NCBI GenBank assembly: GCA_038250985.1
Contig: JBBSBT010000001.1
Span: 1-27,228 of the forward strand
From: Bacteroidales bacterium
GTDB lineage: Bacteria > Bacteroidota > Bacteroidia > Bacteroidales > UBA4417
DNA: 27,228 bases
Direction of reading: 5' to 3'
Positions 26,856 to 27,228 of the stretch are shown here, piece after piece. Positions within the stretch are counted from its first letter, which is position 1. Each line of letters begins with the position of its first letter. Below the pieces are notes generated by a model. The model was not told where the DNA came from. It was given only the letters and a program-made list of their open reading frames with translations, and searched no databases. A program made the translations under genes and the position numbers.

Positions 26856-27090
26856 GCTGAACGAAAGTAAACGAATGACGAAGCCCCGAAAGAGTAAATC
26901 GATTAAGAAGTGGGCCATATTTTTCTACATATAAAATGCGAGTGCATTCAGGAGTATGACACGGTGAACCAAATGAAGTTTGAAGATAATTTTTTTTGCA
27001 CCGGGAGATTTCTTCCTCTTGCAGCAATCCACCTCAGAAGTCCATAATTTGAGTATATTTCGGGACTGCAGGCGCAGGTATAAATAAGTT
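26856..27090 (+). repeat. Three-copy attI-like element, copy 3 (internally deleted)
   Basis: 26875-26909 matches 16503-16537 (30/35); 26912 onward matches 16702 onward; core 27016-27084, 3 nt, GTT 27088-27090. Confidence 0.85.
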
Positions 27091-27132
27091 AGTGGCAATA
27101 AAAGATTTTCGTCCTTTGGAAATTATATATCA

Positions 27133-27228
27133 ATGCATTACAGTTTACGTTTGACTATATTGCTCTATTCGTGCTTTGGCTGTCTCACAAGTAGTAAGAC
27201 GGCAAAATATCAGATTGGTGGCACAAAT
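27133..27228 (+). CDS. 5' end of a probable secreted or lipoprotein cassette gene, runs off the window
   Basis: ATG 27133 open to the window end: MHYSLRLTILLYSCFGCLTSSKTAKYQIGGTN; 42 nt after the GTT of copy 3. Confidence 0.45.
   Translation, partial: MHYSLRLTILLYSCFGCLTSSKTAKYQIGGTN

Overview
Accessory region of a Bacteroidota genome (T9SS C-terminal sorting domain, TAnnTTTG -7 promoter boxes, Gln-start signal peptides; lineage is inference). Three blocks. (1) 1-6.8 kb, defence-like: DUF4145, PLD/HKD nuclease and T5orf172 GIY-YIG genes separated by eroded attC-like repeats, converging on a fused type IIG restriction-modification gene. (2) 7.1-13 kb, toxin-antitoxin cluster: GNAT-HTH, Fic, RhuM, two ParD, ParE, and a chain of intact antitoxin-like ORFs whose toxin partners are reduced to stubs. 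(3) 13.6-27.2 kb, integron-like cassette region with no integrase in the window: two intact long attC-like hairpins whose left ends complement the 5' ends of their own cassettes (CocE hydrolase, M20 amidohydrolase), a decayed five-gene AraC cassette, and a three-copy non-palindromic element (WG-repeat gene remnant plus a nearly invariant 69-bp core) that ends at the GTT crossover of each cassette and looks attI-like. Several pseudogenes not visible in the ORF track were found. All alignments were done by eye; no database searches were run.
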